Shown here: piece by piece, positions 48,244 through 58,108 of the stretch
Numbering within the stretch: the first letter of the stretch is position 1
Layout of the letters: every line of letters starts with the position of its first letter
Source of the DNA: an uncultured cyanobacterium
GTDB lineage: Bacteria > Cyanobacteriota > Cyanobacteriia > Cyanobacteriales > CAWCAG01
Assembly: GCA_963803805.1 (NCBI GenBank)
Contig: CAWDOD010000002.1
Coordinates: forward strand, 1,056,001-1,120,000
Direction of reading: 5' to 3'
Length of the DNA: 64,000 nucleotides
The notes under the pieces: model-generated
Told to the model about the DNA's origin: nothing
Seen by the model: the letters and a program-made list of their open reading frames with translations, nothing else
The model's database searches: none
Made by a program: the position numbers and the translations under genes

Positions 48244-50202
48244 TTAAATATCTGGCACATTTTCAATAACAGGAGGAGAAGGTTGGAGAATTTCTTGCCA
48301 GCGCTGAATATCTCTCCTGGCTTCTTGATAAGCTTCTGTTCCAGAAGGAACTTTTTTAGCAATACTAATAGCCTCATTCAAAGAATTATTACTAGCTCTG
48401 TCTTGGGCAATCCTCAAAATTTGATAGCTCCAATTATTAGAGTATTGTACACTTTGAGAGCTAAGTTTTGTTCCCGAAGGAACTTGCCTCGCAACACTAA
48501 TGGCTCTGACATAAGCGTCTGGAGTTCTTCCTTCAGCAATACCTACAGCTTGCTCGAAATTATCTCTAGCTTGAATCTCCCTTTGAGAAGCATCAATTAT
48601 CTTTTGGGCATCTCCTGATAAAGCTCTATTCGGACCAATTTGTCTGGCTGCTTCAATGGCTTCTGAGGTGTTTCCTGATTGCAATAAAGTTTCCGCTTGG
48701 TTTAAATAAGGCTGATCTTGTAAAATCTGAATCTTATTTCTCCACTCACTGGCTTTCCGCTGCGCTTCTGAGTAAAGAGGACGACCAGGAGCAATAGAAT
48801 TTGCTTCATCAATAGCTCTTTCTAAAGAGCCAATATCGCCATAACTAGCTAGTTGATTAGCCCGCTCTAAAAAAGGCCTATCTTCAGCATTTTTAATTTG
48901 ATTTGACCACTCTTGTATCGCTCCTTGGGCTTCTTGATAGCGAGGATTATATTGAGGAATCAGCCGCGCTTCAGCAATAGCTGCTGACAATTCCCCTACC
49001 CCTCCAGAGCGAGCTAGTTGTCTGGCTCTTTCTAGGTGTGCCACATCTTCAATTTCTCTTTGCCAGCGAGTAATTAAGCCTTGTGCTTCTGAGTAAAGGG
49101 GGCGGCCTGCACTTACTTGTTGAGCTTGAGCAATACCTCTTTCTAAACCAGCTACAGTGCCAGCACTAGCGCTGATACCAGCATTGGCTAAACTAGTCCA
49201 GTCTGTGACTTGTTTTTGAAGTTTGAGGCTAGAAGGAATAGCATTAGCGATGCGTAACAGTCCTGACCAATCTCTCTTATCTAACCTCTCTTGAGCGCTG
49301 GTAACTAACTTGTTACCCGCCTCTTCAATAAGTCTTTGAGCTTCCTTATAAGCGGTGCTAGTAGAGGAGATTTCTTGAGCTATGGAAATGGCTTGAATAT
49401 AATTTTCGTATCCCCCACGGCGCAGTGCTGCGTAGGCTTTGTCTAACTTAGAACTCTCTTCTTGAGCTAATTGAATTTCCCGTACTAGTTTTTCATACTG
49501 AGTACTAGACCAATATTTATTATCTAAATAAGTTAACTTAACCCCTTCCCGTAAAGCTTTACTCCAATTGGAGTTTTCTAAATCTTTCCTGGCTTGGGCA
49601 TAAATCTTTTCTCCTTTAGCCCAAATTGAGCGCCAACGCTTAATTCTTTCTTGAACTATTTCGTAAGCGCGGACTTGTTCAGGAATTTTATAGGCAACAG
49701 CGATCGCCTGTTTAAATTGACCCGCTTGAAACTTCTTCTCCCCTATTTTGAGAATTTCTAAAGCCCATTCCTCAATATTTCTATCAATTTCTTTCCTCAT
49801 GGGATGGTCATTTGGCAAGTCTGCCACCAACTTAATAGCTTCTAGATAATCATCCACAGTTTGCTTATTAGCAGCTAACTGAGCGCAATAAATACGTACA
49901 GATGCCGATGCCATAGGCCAGAAAATAGCTGGGCAGTTAGGCACCGTAGGCAACTTCAATAACAAAGCTGTAGCAATAAAGCCAATACCCCCTGAAAAGA
50001 TGATGGCTATGATTGACCAAAACTGCCAACTGCTAGGTACAGAAAGATTAAAGCGGTTACGATTAGGAGTTTCAACAAGTCCAGATGAAGAGGAGTGAGG
50101 AGTGTGGAAAGGAGGTTCCGGAGCCAGAGAGGAGGGCTTTTCTACACTATTTGGTATATTAATATTTCTATTTCTGGCCATAACTGGAATAAAACTCCTC
50201 AT
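48244..50202 (-). CDS. Membrane-anchored helical-repeat protein (conserved cyanobacterial hypothetical)
   Basis: N-terminal TM, PNCPAIFWP.ASAS.R.YCAQ, repeated AI..A..I....PLY.EAQ..I..W units. Confidence 0.75.
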   Translation of the reverse strand: MRSFIPVMARNRNINIPNSVEKPSSLAPEPPFHTPHSSSSGLVETPNRNRFNLSVPSSWQFWSIIAIIFSGGIGFIATALLLKLPTVPNCPAIFWPMASASVRIYCAQLAANKQTVDDYLEAIKLVADLPNDHPMRKEIDRNIEEWALEILKIGEKKFQAGQFKQAIAVAYKIPEQVRAYEIVQERIKRWRSIWAKGEKIYAQARKDLENSNWSKALREGVKLTYLDNKYWSSTQYEKLVREIQLAQEESSKLDKAYAALRRGGYENYIQAISIAQEISSTSTAYKEAQRLIEEAGNKLVTSAQERLDKRDWSGLLRIANAIPSSLKLQKQVTDWTSLANAGISASAGTVAGLERGIAQAQQVSAGRPLYSEAQGLITRWQREIEDVAHLERARQLARSGGVGELSAAIAEARLIPQYNPRYQEAQGAIQEWSNQIKNAEDRPFLERANQLASYGDIGSLERAIDEANSIAPGRPLYSEAQRKASEWRNKIQILQDQPYLNQAETLLQSGNTSEAIEAARQIGPNRALSGDAQKIIDASQREIQARDNFEQAVGIAEGRTPDAYVRAISVARQVPSGTKLSSQSVQYSNNWSYQILRIAQDRASNNSLNEAISIAKKVPSGTEAYQEARRDIQRWQEILQPSPPVIENVPDI

Positions 50203-50299
50203 GTTACCTGTATAGATTTTTAGGAATTGCTTTACCGCTTCTCAATCTTCAAGTTCTCTGAATTCTGCCATATTTTTTAGTAATTTGGTTAATTGACAA

Positions 50300-51190
50300 C
50301 TAACTCCCTTCTCCGGCATGGTAGGAACTACGTACTAAAGCCCCGGAACGAACGTGGGAAAAACCCAAGGTACGGGCAACAGCGCCTAATTGTTCAAATT
50401 GCTCAGGAGTGCAGTATTTTTGTACGGGAAGATGTTGCAATGAAGGGCGCAGATATTGTCCAATGGTAAGGCGATCGCACTTTACTTGGCGTAAATCTTG
50501 CATCGTTTGTAACACTTCTGCTTCTGTTTCCCCATGCCCTAACATCAAACCGGATTTAGTTGGGATCTGGGGTGCTAGCTCTTTGACGAAGCGCAACACC
50601 GCTAGGGAGCGCTCATATTTAGCCCCCCTTCTAACTTTGTCTTGCAAACGTCGTACTGTTTCAATATTGTGGTTATAACAAGCGGGATTAGCCGCCACGA
50701 CTTTTGCTACCCTTTGCTTTTGTTGTACCACCGCATCTTTACCACTCCAAAAGTCAGGAGTAAGTACTTCAATTTGGGTTTGAGGATTAATTTGCCTAAT
50801 GGCTGTCATTGTGGCGACAAAACAACTTGCTCCCCCATCAGCTAAATCGTCCCTAGCCACAGAAGTAAGAACCACATAGCGTAGGCTTAATAGATTAACT
50901 GCTTCAGCAACTTTCTGAGGTTCTTGGGGGTCTAAACTTTGAGGGGGACGACCTTTATCTACCTGACAAAAAGCACAGGCACGGGTACAAGTAGAACCCA
51001 TCAACAAAAAAGTTGCCGTTTTGTTAGCATAACATTCACCTCGGTTGGGACAGCGCCCTTCCTCACAAATGGTGTGAATCTGCCTTTTTTTGATAATTTG
51101 CTGTACCGTAGAAATTTCGGTGGCCTTACCAAGGGGCTTTTTTAACCAAGCTGGAAGAGACGAAATTTCTCTTTGCACAGAATTAGTCAT
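50300..51190 (-). CDS. lipA: Lipoyl synthase
   Basis: [27 protein letters not shown]. Confidence 0.95.
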   Translation of the reverse strand: MTNSVQREISSLPAWLKKPLGKATEISTVQQIIKKRQIHTICEEGRCPNRGECYANKTATFLLMGSTCTRACAFCQVDKGRPPQSLDPQEPQKVAEAVNLLSLRYVVLTSVARDDLADGGASCFVATMTAIRQINPQTQIEVLTPDFWSGKDAVVQQKQRVAKVVAANPACYNHNIETVRRLQDKVRRGAKYERSLAVLRFVKELAPQIPTKSGLMLGHGETEAEVLQTMQDLRQVKCDRLTIGQYLRPSLQHLPVQKYCTPEQFEQLGAVARTLGFSHVRSGALVRSSYHAGEGS

Positions 51191-51350
51191 AAAATCAACA
51201 AGGATATGATCATAAAAATATAGTAAGCTGCTTCCAGTTGGATCGCCATAATGCAGTTTGCTTTAAATCAGATCTAGACTTATTTTTGTAGAACTTGTAT
51301 TTGAAACAAATAAGTGTAATATTTTTGAATCGCCTCTCAAGGAGTAAGTT

Positions 51351-51917
51351 GTGGCAAGTCAGAAAATCCTGGTTATTGATGACAGCCGGGTTATCAGGAT
51401 GCGTGTTAAAGATATGTTGCCTTCGGGTAATATAGAAGTCCTCGAAGCTAAAGATGGTTTGGAAGGGTTTAATTTGATTCGTTCTGAAAACCCCAACCTA
51501 ATTATGCTCGATTTTCTCTTACCGAAAATGAGCGGTTGGGAAGTCTATCAAGCAATTCAAAAGCAAGCTGAATTGCGAGCAATTCCCCTGGTGTTGATGT
51601 CGGGGCGTAAAGAAGAGGTGACAGAGAAAATCCCTGAACCTTTTGAGTATTTTGCTTTTGTAGAAAAGCCTTTTGAGAAAAAGCAGTTGATGGCCGCAGT
51701 TCAAGATGCGATGCGTAAGGCTAAGTTACAGCCTCAACCAGCAACTACTCAATCTACTTCTGTGACGGATACCAACGGTGGCTCCACAGATACCTCAGCC
51801 TTAGAATCAGAAATTAAAGCCCTCAAAGGGAAAGTTGACAAAATGCAGGCAGAAATTGATGCTTTGAAAAAGCAACTAACCAAAGTATTAACTTTTATTA
51901 AACAGAAATTAAAGTAA
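51351..51917 (+). CDS. Response regulator with C-terminal coiled coil
   Basis: ILVIDDS, MLDFLLP, EKPF; coiled-coil tail. Confidence 0.88.
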   Translation: MASQKILVIDDSRVIRMRVKDMLPSGNIEVLEAKDGLEGFNLIRSENPNLIMLDFLLPKMSGWEVYQAIQKQAELRAIPLVLMSGRKEEVTEKIPEPFEYFAFVEKPFEKKQLMAAVQDAMRKAKLQPQPATTQSTSVTDTNGGSTDTSALESEIKALKGKVDKMQAEIDALKKQLTKVLTFIKQKLK

Positions 51918-51933
51918 AGAAATTGGTGTTCGC

Positions 51934-51949
51934 TGTAACATTGTTTACA
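51934..51949. promoter_or_regulatory. Putative NtcA binding site
   Basis: TGTA-ACATTGTT-TACA is the full TGTA-N8-TACA consensus, 57 bp upstream of ATG 52007. Confidence 0.55.
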
Positions 51950-52006
51950 GAATTATTTTCTTAGTATGGAGGTTACGGCTGACAGGTTTAACGGGGGTAG
52001 TTCCTG

Positions 52007-54772
52007 ATGAGTAGCAAACAATTGCTAGGTCAACAAGAAGATGCTTCTGTGGTGAAGGTAGGAATTTTACATTCTTCAACTGGCACCATGGCAATCAGCG
52101 AACCTTCCCTAGTAGATGCAGAACTAATGGCGATCGCCCAAATCAATCAAACTGGTGGCGTTCTCGGTAAGATTATTCAGCCTGTAATTAAAGACGGAGC
52201 TTCCAATGCTAAAATTTTTGCTACTCAAGGGCAAAAGCTAATTCAGCAAGATGAAGTGGCCACAATCTTCGGCTGTTGGACTTCTGCAAGTCGTAAAGCT
52301 GTTTTGCCAGTAGTAGAAAGATTCAACAAACTGCTGTGGTATCCTCTCCAATACGAAGGCTTGGAATGCTCTCCCCAAATTGTCTATAACGGTAGTTGCC
52401 CCAACCAACAAATAGAGCCAGCAGTGAGTTGGTTATTAGAGAATAAAGGCAAGAGATTTTACCTCCTTGGCTCAGATTATGTTTTTCCTCGTACCGTTCA
52501 TAAGGTTATCCAAGCCCAACTTAAGCGTGAGGGGGGTGAATGTGTCACCCAGAAATTCGTTCCTTTAGGCAGTAAGGATTTTCAAGAGATAATTCAAGAA
52601 GTTAAACAAATTCAACCAGATGTTGTTTTTAGTACCCTCAACGGCGATAGTAATTTAGCTTTCTATCAGCAGTATCAAGAAGCAGGGATTAATGCTCAAG
52701 AAATTCCGATTATGGCAGTTAGCGTTGCTGAAGAAGAACTAAGACGCATTGGTGGAGAAGTTGCCATAGGACATTATGCTGCTTGGAGTTATTTTCAAAG
52801 CCTTGATACTAAGGAAAATCAAACTTTTGTCAAGAATTACCAAAGGCGATATGGCAAAGAAAGGGTAACTAGCGATCCTATCGAGGCAGCTTATGCCCAA
52901 GTCTATTTATGGAAATTAGCTGTTGAGAAAGCTCAATCTTTCGCCACAGATAAAGTAAGAGAAGCTTTCCCTGGTATTGGTTTTGAAGCACCAGGAGGTT
53001 GGATTAGTATTGAAAGGAATCAACATTTAGCTAAACCCTGTCGTATAGGTAAAATTTTATCAACAGGTCAATTTGAAGTTGTCTATGATAGCGAACTAAT
53101 CAAACCTAAACCCTGGTTAGGTGTGGAGGATATAGCTAATTCCCGACAAGCAGTTATTATTGACTTACTAGCAGAAGTTTCTCCCAGCATTGAGTATAGT
53201 TGTCAACTCGAAGAAAATTCCCGTGCTAGGGAGAAATTGATGGCGGAGTTAGTTGATTCTAATCAGCAGTTGCGAACTACCCAAGAAAAACTCCTAGCCT
53301 CAGAAGCTCAATCTCAAGAATTACGCAAAAGAGAAGAACTACTTAAGCATCGCTTATCTAGCCAAATTCGTAATTCTTTAGAGCTAGATAAAATTTTAAC
53401 CATTGCGGTAGAAGAAGTTCGCCATCTTTTACATATCGATCGTTGTGAGTTTCTTTTCCTTGATAAAAGATTGCCTCAAAGAAGTTATCTTGCTTATGAA
53501 ATTTCTTTGGCAGATGATTTAACGAAACAGGATAATAGTTTGGTGTTTGAGCTAGTAGAAAAATTACTTGAAAATACTGAGCTACTAAAAATTGATGATA
53601 TTTCCCAAAGTGAGCATTGGCAGCTAAAGCAATTAGGCTTAAAATCTTTGTTAGCTATTCCTGTCGGTATTTATAGTAAAAAGAATTTTGTCCCCAGAAA
53701 AGGCATTATTATTTGTCAACAATATACCCACAGCAAAATTTGGGTAGATCAAGACATAGAACTACTACAAATGGTAGTCGAACAGTTAGCGATCGCCATT
53801 GAACAAGCCACTCTTTATGAACAAAGTCTTCAAGCCGCAGCCCATGCCCAAGCCCAAGCTCAACAGTTAGAAAAAACCATCACAGAGCTTCAAGAAACTC
53901 AAGCTCAACTGATCCAAACAGAAAAAATGTCTACCTTGGGGCAATTAGTAGCGGGTATTGCTCACGAAATTAATAATCCTGTCAGTTTCATTTGCGGCAA
54001 CCTTGATTATGCCAAAGAATATGTGGCTAATTTGCTCCAAATTATTGAACTATATCAAAAACACCAAAGGGAATCGAACCAAGAAATTGACGATTATGTT
54101 GAAGAAATTGAACTAGATTTTCTGAAAGAAGACTTACCCAAAACCATCAATTCTATGGAGTTAGGGGCCCAGAGAATTATGAAATTAGTCTTATCTTTAC
54201 GTAACTTCTCCCGTCGTAAGCAATCTCATTTGCAAGAAGTAGATATTCATGAAGGTTTAGATAGTACCTTGGTGATTTTAAGCAACAGAATCAAATCCCA
54301 AGGCTCCCGCCCCCAAATTAAAATAATTAAAGAATATGGAGATATTCCCTTAGTAGGATGTTATCCTAGCGAGATTAATCAAGTATTTATGAACATATTG
54401 GGCAATGCTATTGATGCTCTTGAAGAGTCTTGGCAAAAAGAAGAGATTTCGCCTCCAGAGAGTTTAACCCTCAAGATACATACAGAATTAGCAGAGCAAA
54501 ACACAGTAATTATCAAGATTGCCGACAATGGTGCTGGTATTGCTCCTGATACTCAAAGCCATTTATTTGATCCCTTTTTCACCACTAAACCCATGGGAAA
54601 AGGTACTGGTTTAGGATTATCCATCAGCCACAGTATTGTGGTAGATAAACACGGAGGAAAACTAGAGTGTAGCTCAATTCCAGGACAGGGAACAGAATTT
54701 CTTATTAAGCTAGCCGTCGCTCCGCAATCTACTAAAACTCAAGACTCTTCTCCATCTTCTGTAATTGCTTAA
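52007..54772 (+). CDS. Histidine kinase with N-terminal UrtA/AmiC-like amide/urea-binding domain and GAF domain
   Basis: VKVGILHSSTGTMAISE, FGCWTSASRK, YEGLE, GSDYVFPR; GAF (IRNSLEL...QLAIAIEQA); AHEINNP, GKGTGLGL; no signal peptide or TM seen. Confidence 0.9.
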   Translation: MSSKQLLGQQEDASVVKVGILHSSTGTMAISEPSLVDAELMAIAQINQTGGVLGKIIQPVIKDGASNAKIFATQGQKLIQQDEVATIFGCWTSASRKAVLPVVERFNKLLWYPLQYEGLECSPQIVYNGSCPNQQIEPAVSWLLENKGKRFYLLGSDYVFPRTVHKVIQAQLKREGGECVTQKFVPLGSKDFQEIIQEVKQIQPDVVFSTLNGDSNLAFYQQYQEAGINAQEIPIMAVSVAEEELRRIGGEVAIGHYAAWSYFQSLDTKENQTFVKNYQRRYGKERVTSDPIEAAYAQVYLWKLAVEKAQSFATDKVREAFPGIGFEAPGGWISIERNQHLAKPCRIGKILSTGQFEVVYDSELIKPKPWLGVEDIANSRQAVIIDLLAEVSPSIEYSCQLEENSRAREKLMAELVDSNQQLRTTQEKLLASEAQSQELRKREELLKHRLSSQIRNSLELDKILTIAVEEVRHLLHIDRCEFLFLDKRLPQRSYLAYEISLADDLTKQDNSLVFELVEKLLENTELLKIDDISQSEHWQLKQLGLKSLLAIPVGIYSKKNFVPRKGIIICQQYTHSKIWVDQDIELLQMVVEQLAIAIEQATLYEQSLQAAAHAQAQAQQLEKTITELQETQAQLIQTEKMSTLGQLVAGIAHEINNPVSFICGNLDYAKEYVANLLQIIELYQKHQRESNQEIDDYVEEIELDFLKEDLPKTINSMELGAQRIMKLVLSLRNFSRRKQSHLQEVDIHEGLDSTLVILSNRIKSQGSRPQIKIIKEYGDIPLVGCYPSEINQVFMNILGNAIDALEESWQKEEISPPESLTLKIHTELAEQNTVIIKIADNGAGIAPDTQSHLFDPFFTTKPMGKGTGLGLSISHSIVVDKHGGKLECSSIPGQGTEFLIKLAVAPQSTKTQDSSPSSVIA

Positions 54773-54776
54773 GTAT

Positions 54777-55268
54777 TTAATCAGAAGCATGACTTTTTTT
54801 ACGCTGGGATTCTTTATTAAAACCTGGTAAATCTTTAGCATGGGGAGTTTGGTAACAAACTAGTAACAATGCCCCCATAACTAAAAGGAAAGCACAAACT
54901 GCTAAAATCTGTTCCCAATGGATTTTTAGCACTCCCTCAACAATAATTTCTCGCAAAGCAGAAACAATCGCCACCTCCACTGCTACTTCTACAGAAATAC
55001 GATGTTCTTGTAAATAAACTACCAGTAATCGAAATAGCTCTACTAAAATCAATAAAAAAAGAATATCTGAGGTAACAGCCTCAAATGCTAGAGGAGGAGC
55101 AAGTAAAGAGCGAAATACTTCTGTCAGCAGAATCAACATTGCCCCTAGTAGCCACACCCCCAGAGAAATAACGATGAAGTCTTGAACAATCTCTAAATTA
55201 CGAATAATTCTGCGTCGGTGAAACAACCACCGATACCAAGTGTTAACTTTCTTATTGCGAAAAGACAT
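54777..55268 (-). CDS. Phosphate-starvation-inducible PsiE family membrane protein
   Basis: ILFLLILVELFRLL..YL, VEVAIVSALREII. Confidence 0.8.
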   Translation of the reverse strand: MSFRNKKVNTWYRWLFHRRRIIRNLEIVQDFIVISLGVWLLGAMLILLTEVFRSLLAPPLAFEAVTSDILFLLILVELFRLLVVYLQEHRISVEVAVEVAIVSALREIIVEGVLKIHWEQILAVCAFLLVMGALLLVCYQTPHAKDLPGFNKESQRKKSHASD

Positions 55269-55444
55269 TTGCTTTAATTAAGTTGGAGTTCTCTGTTCCA
55301 GTTTATTATTAGTTAATGTCCAAAATATTTTTCGGAGCAAAGTATATTTCCCTAATTCCTAAAGACATGGGTGAAAATCAGACATTGGTTCAATTTAGCA
55401 ACAAAATTAATAAAAATTATTCTATTTGTTATTAAATAATTAAT

Positions 55445-55639
55445 ATGGATAAGCAATTAGGATTTATTATAAAACTTTTCCTTATTTCCAGTTTATTTTC
55501 TTTATTCATCAAGTATGTTGCTCCTTCCTTTGCTATTACCCCAACCACAAACAATACTTTAATTGCTATATCTTTACCTTCTCTGGTAATAGCAGTATTA
55601 CTTATTTGGCGCAATTTTAAAACCTCAAAAGGAGATTAG
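55445..55639 (+). CDS. Small two-TM membrane protein
   Basis: FIIKLFLISSLFSLFIKY...LIAISLPSLVIAVLLIWR. Confidence 0.65.
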   Translation: MDKQLGFIIKLFLISSLFSLFIKYVAPSFAITPTTNNTLIAISLPSLVIAVLLIWRNFKTSKGD

Positions 55640-55687
55640 CTAAACAATTGTATTCAATGTATAAAAAATGAGGAGAATGTCTAATTT

Positions 55688-56833
55688 ATGAATTTAGGTA
55701 AATGGATTGGCTTTTTTACCTTTGTTGTTTCTTTATATATTATTTGGCAAATCAAGCAAATAATCTTACTTCTATTAACAGCAGTAATTTTAGCTAATGC
55801 TTTGAATATTTTAGTCAAAAAGTTTCAAAAATTACGTATCAAGCGTGGTTATGCAGTACTGCTTACTGTTATTGTTTCTTTAATAACTATTATCGGCTTT
55901 TTCTGGTTAATTGTTCCCCCTTTTATTAATCAATTTCAGCAGCTAGCTGAATTAGTTCCTCAAGGTATAGAACAACTTAATACCTGGGTTAATAAATTAG
56001 AAAACCGAATCGATCCGGCGGTAATTGAGTCTTTACCTAAAGTAGATAGATTATTCGATCAACTACAACCACTATTAAATAGACTTTTAGGGGGGGGATG
56101 GACTGTTTTCTCTAGCTCTTTGAGTGTATTGCTCAACATTCTGCTGGTGCTAGTTATTAATTTGATGCTTTTAGTTAATCCTGACCCCTATCGTCAAGGA
56201 TTTATCCGGCTATTTCCTTCTTTTTATCGGCGACGAGTTGACAAAATTTTGTTGCTTTGTGAAGAAGATTTGCAAGGCTGGCTAGTTGGTATCTTATTCA
56301 ATATGGCAGTCATTTCTGTCATGAGCTTCATTGCTCTTTTAGTTTTGAAGATTCCTCTAGCTTTATCCCAAGCAACTCTAGCCGGCTTATTAACCTTTAT
56401 TCCTAACATCGGGCCCGCTTTAAGTGTGATTCCCCCTATAGCCCTTTCTTTATTGGAAGAGCCTTGGAAAGCTATTGCGGTTTTAGGAGCTTATGTCCTG
56501 ATTCAACAAATTGAAAGTAATTTACTAACGCCCCTAGTAATGGCTCAACAGGTATCTTTACTACCAGCCTTTACCTTACTCGCTCAAGTCTTTTTTGCCA
56601 GCTTCTTCGGCTTCTTAGGGCTATTTCTTGCTCTACCCTTAACTGTAATTGCTCAAGTCTGGATTAAGGAAATGCTGCTCAAGGATATTTTAGATCAATG
56701 GAAACGCAAAGAACACCAAGAATTTCAGCTAGTTCCTCTCACTGTTCCAGCAAATCCTATACCTGTAGATAGTTTACCGGAAGAGAAAGTTGGGGAGGTA
56801 GACGATATAGGAGAAATAGGGGAAGAGGAATAA
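55688..56833 (+). CDS. AI-2E family transporter
   Basis: GLLTFIPNIGP, QQIESNLLTP, FGFLGLFLALPL. Confidence 0.88.
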   Translation: MNLGKWIGFFTFVVSLYIIWQIKQIILLLLTAVILANALNILVKKFQKLRIKRGYAVLLTVIVSLITIIGFFWLIVPPFINQFQQLAELVPQGIEQLNTWVNKLENRIDPAVIESLPKVDRLFDQLQPLLNRLLGGGWTVFSSSLSVLLNILLVLVINLMLLVNPDPYRQGFIRLFPSFYRRRVDKILLLCEEDLQGWLVGILFNMAVISVMSFIALLVLKIPLALSQATLAGLLTFIPNIGPALSVIPPIALSLLEEPWKAIAVLGAYVLIQQIESNLLTPLVMAQQVSLLPAFTLLAQVFFASFFGFLGLFLALPLTVIAQVWIKEMLLKDILDQWKRKEHQEFQLVPLTVPANPIPVDSLPEEKVGEVDDIGEIGEEE

Positions 56834-56865
56834 TATTACTTATTACTTATCCTACTCTCCCCATT

Positions 56866-58080
56866 ATGCGAACAATAGCAGAAATCAACGACAAAATTAG
56901 CCGTTCCTGTGCAGTTGTTTTAACTGTTGAAGAACTTAAAACTAGGGTTGCAGAAGTGGGAATAACCCAGACAGCTAAAGAAGTGGATGTGATCACAACC
57001 GGAACCTTTGAGCCGATGGAATCTTCTGGGGCTGTTATAAATTTGGGTCATACAGATCCCCCCATTAAAATTCGTCAATGCTGGTTAGATGGGGTTCCTG
57101 CTTATGCTGGGCTTGGGGCAGTGGATCTCTACCTTGGGGCTACAGCCATGGCTGATTATGGTAGTACAGGGGAAAGTAGTGATCTAGATAGCCGTTCAGG
57201 AATATCTAACCAAGAGCGAGGAGGAGGTCATGTTATTGAGGATCTGATTGCAGGTAAAGCAGTAAATTTGAAAGCAGTTGGTCAAGTTACAGACTGCTAC
57301 CCCAAAGCTTCTTTAGATACAACAATTACTCGTGATCGCATCAATCAATTTTACCTATTTAATCCCCGCAACCTCTATCAAAATTTCATTGTTGGAGTTA
57401 ATGGAGGAGAGCAACCTTTATTTACCTATCTTGGCCCTTTACAACCACGACTTGGTAATGCTGTTTACTCTAGCCCTGGAGCAATTTCCCCTTTGCTCAA
57501 TGACCCAGACTTACAACTGATTGGTTTGGGGAGCAAGATTTTTTTAGGCGGAGGCATCGGTTATGTTACCTGGGAAGGGACGCAACACTTTCCTTTACAA
57601 AAACGCCTACCTAATCGTACCCCCATCGGCCCAGCCGCAACTTTGGCTCTCATTGGCGATGCCAAACAAATGAATTCCCGTTGGGTTAGGGGTTGTTATT
57701 TTAAAAAATATGGTTCTTCTCTGATGTTAGGAGTTGGTGTACCTCTACCAGTGTTGGCAGAAGAAGTAGTAGTGCATTGTGCGGTTAAAGATGAAGAAAT
57801 TGTTGCTCCAGTGGTAGATTTTGCCATTCCTCGCCGGGTTCGTCCTACCTTTGGTTTAGTTACTTATGCTCAATTGAAAGCAGGAGTTATTACCATTGAA
57901 GGTGAAAGAGTTCGGGTGGCTCCTTTAGCCAGTATTTCTTTGTCTCGGAAAGTAGCTCAAGAATTAAAACAATGGATTGATTCTGGTCAGTTTACTTTAA
58001 CTGAACCAGTAGCTCCCATTCCCAAAGAAAGCTCATTTTTACCCCAAGAGCATTGGGGGGCAGAAATCAGTTTAGAGTAG
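56866..58080 (+). CDS. DUF39 homocysteine biosynthesis protein (aspartate-semialdehyde sulfurtransferase-like)
   Basis: MRTIAEINDKI, VDVITTGTFEPM.SSGA, GGGHVIEDL, NPRNLYQN, WEGTQH. Confidence 0.82.
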   Translation: MRTIAEINDKISRSCAVVLTVEELKTRVAEVGITQTAKEVDVITTGTFEPMESSGAVINLGHTDPPIKIRQCWLDGVPAYAGLGAVDLYLGATAMADYGSTGESSDLDSRSGISNQERGGGHVIEDLIAGKAVNLKAVGQVTDCYPKASLDTTITRDRINQFYLFNPRNLYQNFIVGVNGGEQPLFTYLGPLQPRLGNAVYSSPGAISPLLNDPDLQLIGLGSKIFLGGGIGYVTWEGTQHFPLQKRLPNRTPIGPAATLALIGDAKQMNSRWVRGCYFKKYGSSLMLGVGVPLPVLAEEVVVHCAVKDEEIVAPVVDFAIPRRVRPTFGLVTYAQLKAGVITIEGERVRVAPLASISLSRKVAQELKQWIDSGQFTLTEPVAPIPKESSFLPQEHWGAEISLE

Positions 58081-58108
58081 AGCTTTGGTGCTTTACTCTA
58101 AACTAATC

